64,000 nt of DNA from Macrostomum lignano (taxonomy: Eukaryota), in the NCBI GenBank assembly GCA_002269645.1, contig NIVC01000755.1, forward strand, positions 186,001-250,000, in the 5' to 3' direction. Position 1 is the stretch's first letter. Every line of letters starts with the position of its first letter. Shown piece after piece: positions 14,748 through 25,995 of the stretch. The notes beneath the pieces were generated by a model. That model saw nothing but the letters and a program-made list of their open reading frames with translations. It did not search any database and was not told where the DNA came from. The position numbers and the translations under genes are program-made.

Positions 14748-14866
14748 AGACAACAGCATTTGGTATTCCCAGGCGGTCACCCATCCAAGTACTAACCAAA
14801 CCCAACGTTGCTTAACTTCGGTGATCAGACGAGAACCGGTGTTTTCAACGTGGTATGGCCGTTGCC
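14748..14866 (-). rRNA. 5S rRNA gene
   Basis: 119 nt, GGCAACGGCCATACC...AGTACTTGGATGGGTGACCGCCTGGGAATACC..., followed by an oligo-T terminator. Confidence 0.97.
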
Positions 14867-15047
14867 ACTGGCTGATAGGAGCTGAGCTCATAATTAACCT
14901 GAACCTGCAGCTACATGTATATACGGACCATACGGTACGGATCAATTGTGGGCCGCCTCTCGTCTATACTCTAATAAATATATAATTAGTAATGCGGACG
15001 GATTTACCGCGCTCGTATAGTATATAGTAAACTATAGTGGTGATTAG

Positions 15048-18000
15048 ACTAGCAATCTACGCCCCCCGTTGGGGAGCCAAAGAAATGCAATACACGTTTT
15101 TTTAATAAGCTACATGTATCCTTGAAATCTTAAAAAATCTCCTGTCAAACCTTGTAAGCCTTGACACGTCAGTAATTCCCCCCACAAGCTTTAACATATC
15201 AACTCCCCCCCCTGACATCTCAGCAATGCCCCCAATAAGCCTTGAAAATCTAAAAATATCTGTCAACCTTCTAACCCTAATCCAAACCTAACCCTAACCC
15301 TAACCCTAGCCTAACCCTAGCCCTAACCCTAACCCTAACCCTAACCCTAACCTAACCCTAAAGCATTGAAATTTCAGTAATTCTCTCTAAGAGTCATTAT
15401 AGCACTACTACAGCATTATTGCGATTCCCTGCAAGCCTCGACATCGTAGGGATTCCCAAATGAATCTCTTAACTTCGACATGAAGCTTCTTTTATTTTTT
15501 ACATTACGCTTTTTTTATCAGCGATCCCTCCCCTGAGGAGGCATCAAATAATGTAATAAAAAGTTTTCAATAAACTACATGTAGCTTCTGGCTTTAGCCT
15601 TGAAATCTCATTTATACCCCAGTGAGCCTTGACATCTCAGCTATTCCCCCCGTAAGCCTTGACATGTCAGCGATGGCCCCCATAAACCTTGAAATCTAAA
15701 AAATCCCCTGTTAACCTTGAAACCCGATAAAATATAACCCTCAACCCACACCTGACCTAAACCTAACTTTAACCCAACCTAAAGCCTTGAAATCTCAGCA
15801 ATTCTTCTCCCCTAAGCCTTGACATTTTAGTGATTCCTTCTTTAAGAATCACAGCACTATAACGATTTCCACCAAGCTTTGACATCGTAGCAATTCCCAA
15901 ATGAATCTTTTAACTTCGACATGACCTTTCTTTTATGTATACTTAGTGCTACTTTTATTTTTTACATGACTCTTCTTCTATCAGCGCCTCCCCCCGTGGC
16001 GAGCCAACAAAGAATGCAATAAAAAATTGAGTAAAGTACATGAACTTTGAAGTAGCTTCTGACTTTTGCTTTGACATCTCAGAACCACCCCCCCCCCCGT
16101 AATCTCAGTTATTCTCTGAGAGCCTTGACGTCTCAGTTTTTCTCCCCAGCACAGCATTATAGCTGCATTTAATTTTTACATGACACCTTCATGTCTGACA
16201 TGACGCTTCTTTTATTCTACCATGATGCTTCTTAATTTTTTAAATGACACTTTCATTAGTCTTTAAATGAGGCTTCTATGATTTTTCATGACGCTTCTAT
16301 GATTTTTACATGATGCTTCTATGATGTTTATATGACGCTTCTATGATTTTTACATGACGCTTCTATGATTTTTTACATGACGCTTCTTTGATTTTTACAT
16401 GACGCTTCTATGATTGTTTACATGACGCTTCTATGATTGTTTGCACGACGCTTCTATGATTGTTTACATGACGCTTCTATGGTTTTTACATGACGCTTAT
16501 ATTTTTTACATGACGCTTCTATGATTGTTTAGATGACGCTTCTATGATTTTTTCATGACGCTTCTATGATTTTTACATGACGCTTCTATGATTGTTTACA
16601 TGACGCTTCTATGGCTTTTACATGACGCTTATATTTTTTACATGACGCTTCTATGATTGTTTACATGACGCTTCTATGATTGTTTACATGACGCTTCCAT
16701 GATGTTTATATGACGCTTCGATGATTTTTTACATGACGCTTCTATGATTGTTTACATGACGCTTCTATGATGTTTATATGACGCTTCTATGATTTTTTAC
16801 ATGACGCTTCAATGATTTTTACGTGACGCTTCTATGATTTTTTACATGACGCTTCTATGCTTTTTATATGACGCTTCTATGATTGTTTATATGACGTTTC
16901 TATAGTTTTTACATGACGCTTATATTTTTTACATGACGCTTCTATGATTGTTTACATGACGCTTCTATGATTTTTTCATGACGCTTCTATGATTTTTTAC
17001 ATGACGCTTCTATGATTGTTTACATGACGCTTCTATGGTTTTTACATGGCGCTTATATTTTTACATAACGCTTTTATGATTGTTTACATGACGCTTCTAT
17101 GATTTTTTACATGACGCTTCTATGATTGTTTACATGACGCTTCTATGATTTTTTACATGACGCTTCTATGATTGTTTACATGACGCTTCTATGATTTTTT
17201 ACATGACGCTTCTATGATTGTTTACATGACGCTTCTATGATGTTTACATGACGCTTCTATGATTTTTACATGACGCTTCTATGATTGTTTACATGACGCT
17301 TCTATGATTTTTACGTGATGCTTCTATGATGGTTTACATGATGCTTCTATGATTGTTTACATGACGCTTCTATGATTGTTTACATGACGCTTATATGATT
17401 TTTTCATGACGCTTCTATGATTTTTTACATGACGCTTCTATGATTGTTTACATGACGCTTCTATGGTTTTTACATGACGCTTATATTTTTACATGACGCT
17501 TCTATGATTGTTTACATGACGCTTCTATGATTGTTTACATGACGCTTCTATGATGTTTATATGACGCTTCTATGATTTTTTACATGACGCTTCTATGCTT
17601 TTTACATGACGCTTCTATGATTATTTCATGACGCTTCTACGATTTCTGCAGGACGCTTCTATGATTTTTACATGACGCTTCTATGATTTTTACATGACGC
17701 TTCTATGATTGTTTACATGACGCTTCTATGATTGTTTACATGACGCTTCTATGATTGTTTATATGACGCTTCTATTATTTTTACATGACGCTTCTAAGAT
17801 TTTTTACATGACGCTTCTATGATTGTTTACATGACGCTTCGATGATTGTTTACATGACGCTTCTATGATTTTTACATGACGCTTCTATGACTATTTACAT
17901 GACGCTTCTATGATTTTTACATAACGCTTTTATGATTTTTTACATGACGCTTTTATGATTTTTTACATGACGCTTCTATGATTGTTTACATGACGCTTCT

Positions 18001-18472
18001 ATGATTGTTTACATGACGCTTCTATGATTTTTTACATGACGCTTCTATGATTTTTACATGACGCTTCTATGACTATTTACATGACGCTTCTATGATTTTT
18101 ACATAACGCTTTTATGATTTTTTACATGACGCTTCTAGGATTGTTTACATGACGCTTCTATGATTGTTTACATGACGCTTCTATGATTGTTTACATGACG
18201 CTTCTATGATTTTTTACATGACGCTTCTATGATTTTTACATGACGCTTCTATGATTGTTTACATGACGCTTCTATGATTGTTTAAATGACGCTTCTATGA
18301 TTGTTTACATGATGCTTCTATGATTTTTTACATGACGCTTCTATGATTTTTACATGACGCTTCTATGATTGTTTACATGACGCTTCTATGATTGTTTACA
18401 TGACGCTTCTATGATTGTTTACATGACGCTTCTATGATTTTTACATAACGCTTTTATGATTTTTTACATGAC
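15048..18472 (+). mobile_element. Helentron-like element, near-copy of element C, truncated by the 5S-SL array
   Basis: Same ACTAGCAATCTACGCCCCCCGTTGGGGAGCC start, (CCCTAA)n at 15271-15361 and same minisatellite. The 3' module is missing. Confidence 0.55.
16270..18472. repeat. 22-23-bp minisatellite (ACATGACGCTTCTATGATTGTTT)n
   Basis: Direct reading. Joins abruptly to 5S-SL spacer sequence at 18473. Confidence 0.97.
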
Positions 18473-18719
18473 ATAGCAGCAATCAATTAATCAATCAATT
18501 AGGCGGCGCGTTTGTGTGCACACTTTCTAAACATGTCGGCTAAAAGAAAGAAATACTTTTTCGCGCAGCTCTTTTCAAGCTGTAGTGCAAAATAATGCTG
18601 CACTAGTCGTCAAAACTTACTTGGAGTAGATAAAGTTCAACAAAATAATTTGCCCTAGGGCTCGAGGCTCAAACGGAGAGCTGTGCACTCAGTGAGAGCT
18701 GGTTCCAGCTCGTCTCTTT

Positions 18720-18830
18720 GCCGTATCGACGGTCTCTTACTGCGAAGACTCTTAATTTTGCATGGTAAGACACCGCGTGGATCCAATTGAGCGATCTACT
18801 CAATTTTTGACAAGCCGCGCTACCGCGGCT
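18720..18830 (+). ncRNA. Spliced-leader RNA gene (variant ...TCTTAATTTTGCATG)
   Basis: Exon 18720-18764, GT donor, AATTGAG/CTCAATT hairpin, Sm site AATTTTTGA, 3' hairpin. Confidence 0.88.
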
Positions 18831-18896
18831 GCCTAACAAAGCTAAAAACAAACATTAATTAATTATAGTTGGTTGATTGCCGTATCGACGGTCTCT

Positions 18897-20156
18897 GACT
18901 GTTTTTACCCTGGTTGCCTTCTGGTAGCTTGTCTAAGGGTTGTGCGCAATCCGATTGGCTATGCCAATTTCAAAGGGTCCGCCCCGGAGGGGCTGTGCCT
19001 GTTCTAAAAATAAACCCTATTCTTTTTTCTAATTTCGGCCCTCGGCCTTGGTTTAGGGGGGGTGGTGCCCGGAGTGAGTAGGTTCTCTGGACTGCAGTGT
19101 GGCTAGGACGGGACTGAGCCCCCCGGTCGAACCCGCCCTGCAGGAAAGAACGACCAATTCACAAAGGTGTACGGTAGACCCAGTAGCATGCCAGCCCTGA
19201 GGCTGAGCACCCGGGCTGCAGGCCGGCAAGCTGCCTGCTTTAGGGCTATGGTGCTCCTCCCCACTGCCATTCTTTTTTTCTGGGCTGGCATCCCAGCGCT
19301 GTTTTATCCCTAGCTTTGTGCCTTTGTGGCTTTTTATTCTTTTATTCTTTTATCTGGCCAATAGAAGCCTTCCAATTCTTGGAGTTATGAGCTCTGCCCT
19401 TGCCCGGTCCATCTTGCCCTGTCCTCGGGTCCATCTCCTGGCTCCTGCTGTAAGGTCCCTGCTTGCGTGTCTCTGGCTCTCATCCTGACAGTGGATTGGT
19501 GTCCTGGGAAGGATGTTCGTCCCGTACCGGGGACAACCGGCTGAGTCCGGAGTCCTCTTGCCCTGGGTGCCTCTTCTCCCGACCCCTTGGCCTGGCCCCC
19601 AATAATGAGCTGGATAGGCGATGCCCTTGGGTTGGTAGCAATAGAGGTGGACCTGGACGCCTGGAGTCTCCCCCTCGGATACAAGCCTTCCAGACTCACT
19701 CCAAAATAGAGCTGGGTAGTGAAAAGCCTTGAGGCTCGAGGCCTGCAGTTACCGAGTGCTGTATAGGATCGCTCTTGGTTAATAGCTGCCCAGACTCTCT
19801 CCAATAGTTAGCCCCTTTCCAAGACTTCTGGGTTTCCCCGCTCTTGGACGGCTTTTTCAGTAATTCCAATTCTGTTTTTTTCGCGCACTCCCGAGGACCT
19901 GTCTGCTGGGGGGTGGCCTGGGTGGACTCGGTCCTAGCACCGTCCCTGATTCCACTGTTTGGGTTGGCGGTGTCTTGTACCGTAGGTTTGGGTCAAATTC
20001 GCCCCCCCCGCGCTTTGAGCCGGGTCCAATCCAATCCATGGGGTATCTCGGGCCCTGGACAGATACTGCCTTGGCCCCTGGAAGTGCCCCTCGCGGCAGA
20101 GCCCACCCCAGGGCTGATCCGCGGGTCCCCCTAGGACCCTTTCGTTTAACAACAAC
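18897..20156 (+). mobile_element. 1260-bp non-autonomous non-LTR-retrotransposon-like insertion inside an SL exon
   Basis: ATCGACGGTCTCT duplicated at 18884-18896 and 20157-20169. The 3' end is hairpin GGGTCC-CCCTA-GGACCC plus TTTAACAACAAC. No RT ORF seen. Confidence 0.78.
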
Positions 20157-20262
20157 ATCGACGGTCTCTTACTGCGAAGACTCAATATTTTGCATGGTAA
20201 GACACCGCGTGGATCCAATTGAGCGATCTACTCAATTTTTGACAAGCCGCGCTACCGCGGCT
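20157..20262 (+). pseudogene. Disrupted SL RNA gene (nt 6-111; nt 1-18 lie at 18879-18896)
   Basis: SL sequence resumes at ATCGACGG directly after the AAC tail and lacks its first 5 nt and upstream flank. Confidence 0.85.
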
Positions 20263-20568
20263 GCCTAACAAAGCTAAAGACAAACATTAATTAATTATAG
20301 TTGGTTGATTGCAATTCTGGATTTAGCGTGTCCTACTATTATTTTAAACATATTCTATTTACCCGCAAGTTGTAAATTAGTTGTTGCACCATAGCATAGC
20401 ATAGCATGATATAGCGCGCATATGCATCGCCGTGTACAGAGTGCAGGCTATACTAGATCTCTTCGAGTTGCAATAATCAAATGTAATTTCTTAGATCGCT
20501 CTATGCGTGCGGATGTGCATATGTACATGTACAACTTTGTTGATGGCGCCAACAATGAATTAATTATA

Positions 20569-20844
20569 CTCAGCAACATTGAAAAGTCGGCATCACAGAA
20601 GATTCCGTCTGTGGTCGCCACTTTTGAGAGAGTGCAGGTAAAGTCTTTCTCAATATTTGCGAGTGACGCAACTCAGCTACGCCACCGGCAGACTTGAGTT
20701 GAGGAATGGAGTGGGGGAGCGGTGTGCGAGGTTTGGACGGATTAAAGCTACCCCGATCAGTTTTTCTGGCATCTTTTATTTCAGAATAGTCCAAGAGAAA
20801 TTGATCACTGGCGCATAGAGTGGCGACTTTTCAATGTTGCTGAG
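20569..20844. mobile_element. 276-bp MITE-like element in spacer (also 22202-22477, 23835-24109, 25467-25742)
   Basis: 24-bp TIR with 1 mismatch and TA on both sides, present in every unit. Confidence 0.75.
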
Positions 20845-21097
20845 TATATAGAGTCAAGCTGGACTGTACGCGTTACTGTTTGCGTTGAGCTAGTTAGGTT
20901 GACTTTGACTTGACTGCAAATCACCACTATAGTTTACTATATACTATACGAGCGCGGTAAATCCGTCCGCATTACTAATTATATATTTATTAGAGTATAG
21001 ACGAGAGGCGGCCCACAATTGATCCGTACCGTATGGTCCGTATATACATGTAGCTGCAGGTTCAGGTTAATTATGAGCTCAGCTCCTATCAGCCAGT

Positions 21098-21216
21098 GGC
21101 AACGGCCATACCACGTTGAAAACACCGGTTCTCGTCTGATCACCGAAGTTAAGCAACGTTGGGTTTGGTTAGTACTTGGATGGGTGACCGCCTGGGAATA
21201 CCAAATGCTGTTGTCT
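21098..21216 (+). rRNA. 5S rRNA gene
   Basis: 119 nt; helix I pairs GGCAACGGC with GCTGTTGTC; boxes A and C present; TTTTTT terminator. Confidence 0.98.
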
Positions 21217-21784
21217 TTTTTGCCTCTTTAACTGCATGCCGCGCGCTCATCAACTAACTCCAGCTGCTGCTACTGCATTAATACTTAGGCCCAGGCCCAC
21301 CAATCCGCCCGCGCCCGCCAACCGGATGCTGCTTGAATTTTTACCATACGGCATAGGTCTGCTGATTCCTTTCGAGTTCCACTCCACTCACTCCATCAAG
21401 TCAAGGGATTCGATTCGCGTTTCATATTTTGTATGCGCACTTTGCATTAGCACGCGGCAACGCTAATGCACTTATGAACTGTGTATTAATAGTTTTACGA
21501 GTATCTCCATCTCTCACATGGCAATTTTACTTGATTTATAGCAGCAATCAATTAATCAATCAATTAGGCGGCGCGTTTGTGTGCACACTTTCTAAACATG
21601 TCGGCTAAAAGAAAGAAATACTTTTTCGCGCAGCTCTTTTCAAGCTGTAGTGCAAAATAATGCTGCACTAGTCGTCAAAACTTACTTGGAGTAGATAAAG
21701 TTCAACAAAATAATTTGCCCTAGGGCTCGAGGCTCAAACGGAGAGCTGTGCACTCAGTGAGAGCTGGTTCCAGCTCGTCTCTTT

Positions 21785-21895
21785 GCCGTATCGACGGTCT
21801 CTTACTGCGAAGACTCAATATTTTGCATGGTAAGACACCGCGTGGATCCAATTGAGCGATCTACTCAATTTTTGACAAGCCGCGCTACCGCGGCT
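21785..21895 (+). ncRNA. Spliced-leader RNA gene (variant ...TCAATATTTTGCATG)
   Basis: GCCGTATCGACGGTCTCTTACTGCGAAGACTCAATATTTTGCATG|GTAAG, Sm site, 3' hairpin. Confidence 0.9.
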
Positions 21896-22730
21896 GCCTA
21901 ACAAAGCTAAAGACAAACATTAATTAATTATAGTTGGTTGATTGCAATTCTGGATTTAGCGTGTCCTACTATTATTTTAAACATATTCTATTTACCCGCA
22001 AGTTGTAAATTAGTTGTTGCACCATAGCATAGCATAGCATGATATAGCGCGCATATGCATCGCCGTGTACAGAGTGCAGGCTATACTAGATCTCTTCGAG
22101 TTGCAATAATCAAATGTAATTTCTTAGATCGCTCTATGCGTGCGGATGTGCATATGTACATGTACAACTTTGTTGATGGCGCCAACAATGAATTAATTAT
22201 ACTCAGCAACATTGAAAAGTCGGCATCACAGAAGATTCCGTCTGTGGTCGCCACTTTTGAGAGAGTGCAGGTAAAGTCTTTCTCAATATTTGCGAGTGAC
22301 GCAACTCAGCTACGCCACCGGCAGACTTGAGTTGAGGAATGGAGTGGGGGAGCGGTGTGCGAGGTTTGGACGGATTAAAGCTACCCCGATCAGTTTTTCT
22401 GGCATCTTTTATTTCAGAATAGTCCAAGAGAAATTGATCACTGGCGCATAGAGTGGCGACTTTTCAATGTTGCTGAGTATATAGAGTCAAGCTGGACTGT
22501 ACGCGTTACTGTTTGCGTTGAGCTAGTTAGGTTGACTTTGACTTGACTGCAAATCACCACTATAGTTTACTATATACTATACGAGCGCGGTAAATCCGTC
22601 CGCATTACTAATTATATATTTATTAGAGTATAGACGAGAGGCGGCCCACAATTGATCCGTACCGTATGGTCCGTATATACATGTAGCTGCAGGTTCAGGT
22701 TAATTATGAGCTCAGCTCCTATCAGCCAGT

Positions 22731-22849
22731 GGCAACGGCCATACCACGTTGAAAACACCGGTTCTCGTCTGATCACCGAAGTTAAGCAACGTTGGGTTTG
22801 GTTAGTACTTGGATGGGTGACCGCCTGGGAATACCAAATGCTGTTGTCT
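22731..22849 (+). rRNA. 5S rRNA gene
   Basis: Same sequence as 21098-21216. Confidence 0.98.
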
Positions 22850-23417
22850 TTTTTGCCTCTTTAACTGCATGCCGCGCGCTCATCAACTAACTCCAGCTGC
22901 TGCTACTGCATTAATACTTAGGCCCAGGCCCACCAATCCGCCCGCGCCCGCCAACCGGATGCTGCTTGAATTTTTACCATACGGCATAGGTCTGCTGATT
23001 CCTTTCGAGTTCCACTCCACTCACTCCATCAAGTCAAGGGATTCGATTCGCGTTTCATATTTTGTATGCGCACTTTGCATTAGCACGCGGCAACGCTAAT
23101 GCACTTATGAACTGTGTATTAATAGTTTTACGAGTATCTCCATCTCTCACATGGCAATTTTACTTGATTTATAGCAGCAATCAATTAATCAATCAATTAG
23201 GCGGCGCGTTTGTGTGCACACTTTCTAAACATGTCGGCTAAAAGAAAGAAATACTTTTTCGCGCAGCTCTTTTCAAGCTGTAGTGCAAAATAATGCTGCA
23301 CTAGTCGTCAAAACTTACTTGGAGTAGATAAAGTTCAACAAAATAATTTGCCCTAGGGCTCGAGGCTCAAACGGAGAGCTGTGCACTCAGTGAGAGCTGG
23401 TTCCAGCTCGTCTCTTT

Positions 23418-23528
23418 GCCGTATCGACGGTCTCTTACTGCGAAGACTCTTAATTTTACATGGTAAGACACCGCGTGGATCCAATTGAGCGATCTACTCA
23501 ATTTTTGACAAGCCGCGCTACCGCGGCT
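23418..23528 (+). ncRNA. Spliced-leader RNA gene (variant ...TCTTAATTTTACATG)
   Basis: Same architecture; third leader variant. Confidence 0.88.
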
Positions 23529-24362
23529 GCCTAACAAAGCTAAAGACAAACATTAATTAATTATAGTTGGTTGATTGCAATTCTGGATTTAGCGTGTCCT
23601 ACTATTATTTTAAACATATTCTATTTACCCGCAAGTTGTAAATTAGTTGTTGCACCATAGCATAGCATAGCATGATATAGCGCGCATATGCATCGCCGTG
23701 TACAGAGTGCAGGCTATACTAGATCTCTTCGAGTTGCAATAATCAAATGTAATTTCTTAGATCGCTCTATGCGTGCGGATGTGCATATGTACATGTACAA
23801 CTTTGTTGATGGCGCCAACAATGAATTAATTATACTCAGCAACATTGAAAAGTCGGCATCACAGAAGATTCCGTCTGTGGTCGCCACTTTTGAGAGAGTG
23901 CAGGTAAAGTCTTTCTCAATATTTGCGAGTGACGCAACTCAGCTACGCCACCGGCAGACTTGAGTTGAGGAATGGAGTGGGGAGCGGTGTGCGAGGTTTG
24001 GACGGATTAAAGCTACCCCGATCAGTTTTTCTGGCATCTTTTATTTCAGAATAGTCCAAGAGAAATTGATCACTGGCGCATAGAGTGGCGACTTTTCAAT
24101 GTTGCTGAGTATATAGAGTCAAGCTGGACTGTACGCGTTACTGTTTGCGTTGAGCTAGTTAGGTTGACTTTGACTTGACTGCAAATCACCACTATAGTTT
24201 ACTATATACTATACGAGCGCGGTAAATCCGTCCGCATTACTAATTATATATTTATTAGAGTATAGACGAGAGGCGGCCCACAATTGATCCGTACCGTATG
24301 GTCCGTATATACATGTAGCTGCAGGTTCAGGTTAATTATGAGCTCAGCTCCTATCAGCCAGT

Positions 24363-24481
24363 GGCAACGGCCATACCACGTTGAAAACACCGGTTCTCGT
24401 CTGATCACCGAAGTTAAGCAACGTTGGGTTTGGTTAGTACTTGGATGGGTGACCGCCTGGGAATACCAAATGCTGTTGTCT
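24363..24481 (+). rRNA. 5S rRNA gene
   Basis: Same sequence as 21098-21216. Confidence 0.98.
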
Positions 24482-25049
24482 TTTTTGCCTCTTTAACTGC
24501 ATGCCGCGCGCTCATCAACTAACTCCAGCTGCTGCTACTGCATTAATACTTAGGCCCAGGCCCACCAATCCGCCCGCGCCCGCCAACCGGATGCTGCTTG
24601 AATTTTTACCATACGGCATAGGTCTGCTGATTCCTTTCGAGTTCCACTCCACTCACTCCATCAAGTCAAGGGATTCGATTCGCGTTTCATATTTTGTATG
24701 CGCACTTTGCATTAGCACGCGGCAACGCTAATGCACTTATGAACTGTGTATTAATAGTTTTACGAGTATCTCCATCTCTCACATGGCAATTTTACTTGAT
24801 TTATAGCAGCAATCAATTAATCAATCAATTAGGCGGCGCGTTTGTGTGCACACTTTCTAAACATGTCGGCTAAAAGAAAGAAATACTTTTTCGCGCAGCT
24901 CTTTTCAAGCTGTAGTGCAAAATAATGCTGCACTAGTCGTCAAAACTTACTTGGAGTAGATAAAGTTCAACAAAATAATTTGCCCTAGGGCTCGAGGCTC
25001 AAACGGAGAGCTGTGCACTCAGTGAGAGCTGGTTCCAGCTCGTCTCTTT

Positions 25050-25160
25050 GCCGTATCGACGGTCTCTTACTGCGAAGACTCAATATTTTGCATGGTAAGA
25101 CACCGCGTGGATCCAATTGAGCGATCTACTCAATTTTTGACAAGCCGCGCTACCGCGGCT
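25050..25160 (+). ncRNA. Spliced-leader RNA gene (variant ...TCAATATTTTGCATG)
   Basis: Same sequence as 21785-21895. Confidence 0.9.
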
Positions 25161-25995
25161 GCCTAACAAAGCTAAAGACAAACATTAATTAATTATAGTT
25201 GGTTGATTGCAATTCTGGATTTAGCGTGTCCTACTATTATTTTAAACATATTCTATTTACCCGCAAGTTGTAAATTAGTTGTTGCACCATAGCATAGCAT
25301 AGCATGATATAGCGCGCATATGCATCGCCGTGTACAGAGTGCAGGCTATACTAGATCTCTTCGAGTTGCAATAATCAAATGTAATTTCTTAGATCGCTCT
25401 ATGCGTGCGGATGTGCATATGTACATGTACAACTTTGTTGATGGCGCCAACAATGAATTAATTATACTCAGCAACATTGAAAAGTCGGCATCACAGAAGA
25501 TTCCGTCTGTGGTCGCCACTTTTGAGAGAGTGCAGGTAAAGTCTTTCTCAATATTTGCGAGTGACGCAACTCAGCTACGCCACCGGCAGACTTGAGTTGA
25601 GGAATGGAGTGGGGGAGCGGTGTGCGAGGTTTGGACGGATTAAAGCTACCCCGATCAGTTTTTCTGGCATCTTTTATTTCAGAATAGTCCAAGAGAAATT
25701 GATCACTGGCGCATAGAGTGGCGACTTTTCAATGTTGCTGAGTATATAGAGTCAAGCTGGACTGTACGCGTTACTGTTTGCGTTGAGCTAGTTAGGTTGA
25801 CTTTGACTTGACTGCAAATCACCACTATAGTTTACTATATACTATACGAGCGCGGTAAATCCGTCCGCATTACTAATTATATATTTATTAGAGTATAGAC
25901 GAGAGGCGGCCCACAATTGATCCGTACCGTATGGTCCGTATATACATGTAGCTGCAGGTTCAGGTTAATTATGAGCTCAGCTCCTATCAGCCAGT

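Larger units (their letters stand above)
13409..15045 (-). repeat. Single inverted, circularly permuted monomer of the 5S-SL repeat unit
   Basis: Reverse complement of 20919-22555. 1637 bp = one 1633-bp unit plus a 4-nt terminal redundancy (GATT at both ends). Confidence 0.92.

Noticed and set aside
950-18472. CRISPR-like appearance of 22-23-bp repeats
   Set aside because: No unique spacers and no cas genes; eukaryotic context.
20048-20140. Possible HDV-like ribozyme near the 3' end of the SL-inserted element (GCC-CCTCGC-GGC)
   Set aside because: P1 has a mismatch, L3 is short, and the P1.1 GG and J4/2 elements are missing. Such ribozymes are also expected at 5' ends.
18897-20156. Short ORFs (60-139 aa) in the insertion as RT or endonuclease remnants
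   Set aside because: No YxDD, CCHC or PD-(D/E)xK motif recognised in any frame I read.
21325-21345. GAATTTTTAC as an Sm site of an extra small RNA in the spacer
   Set aside because: Lacks the G after the U-run and clear flanking stems.
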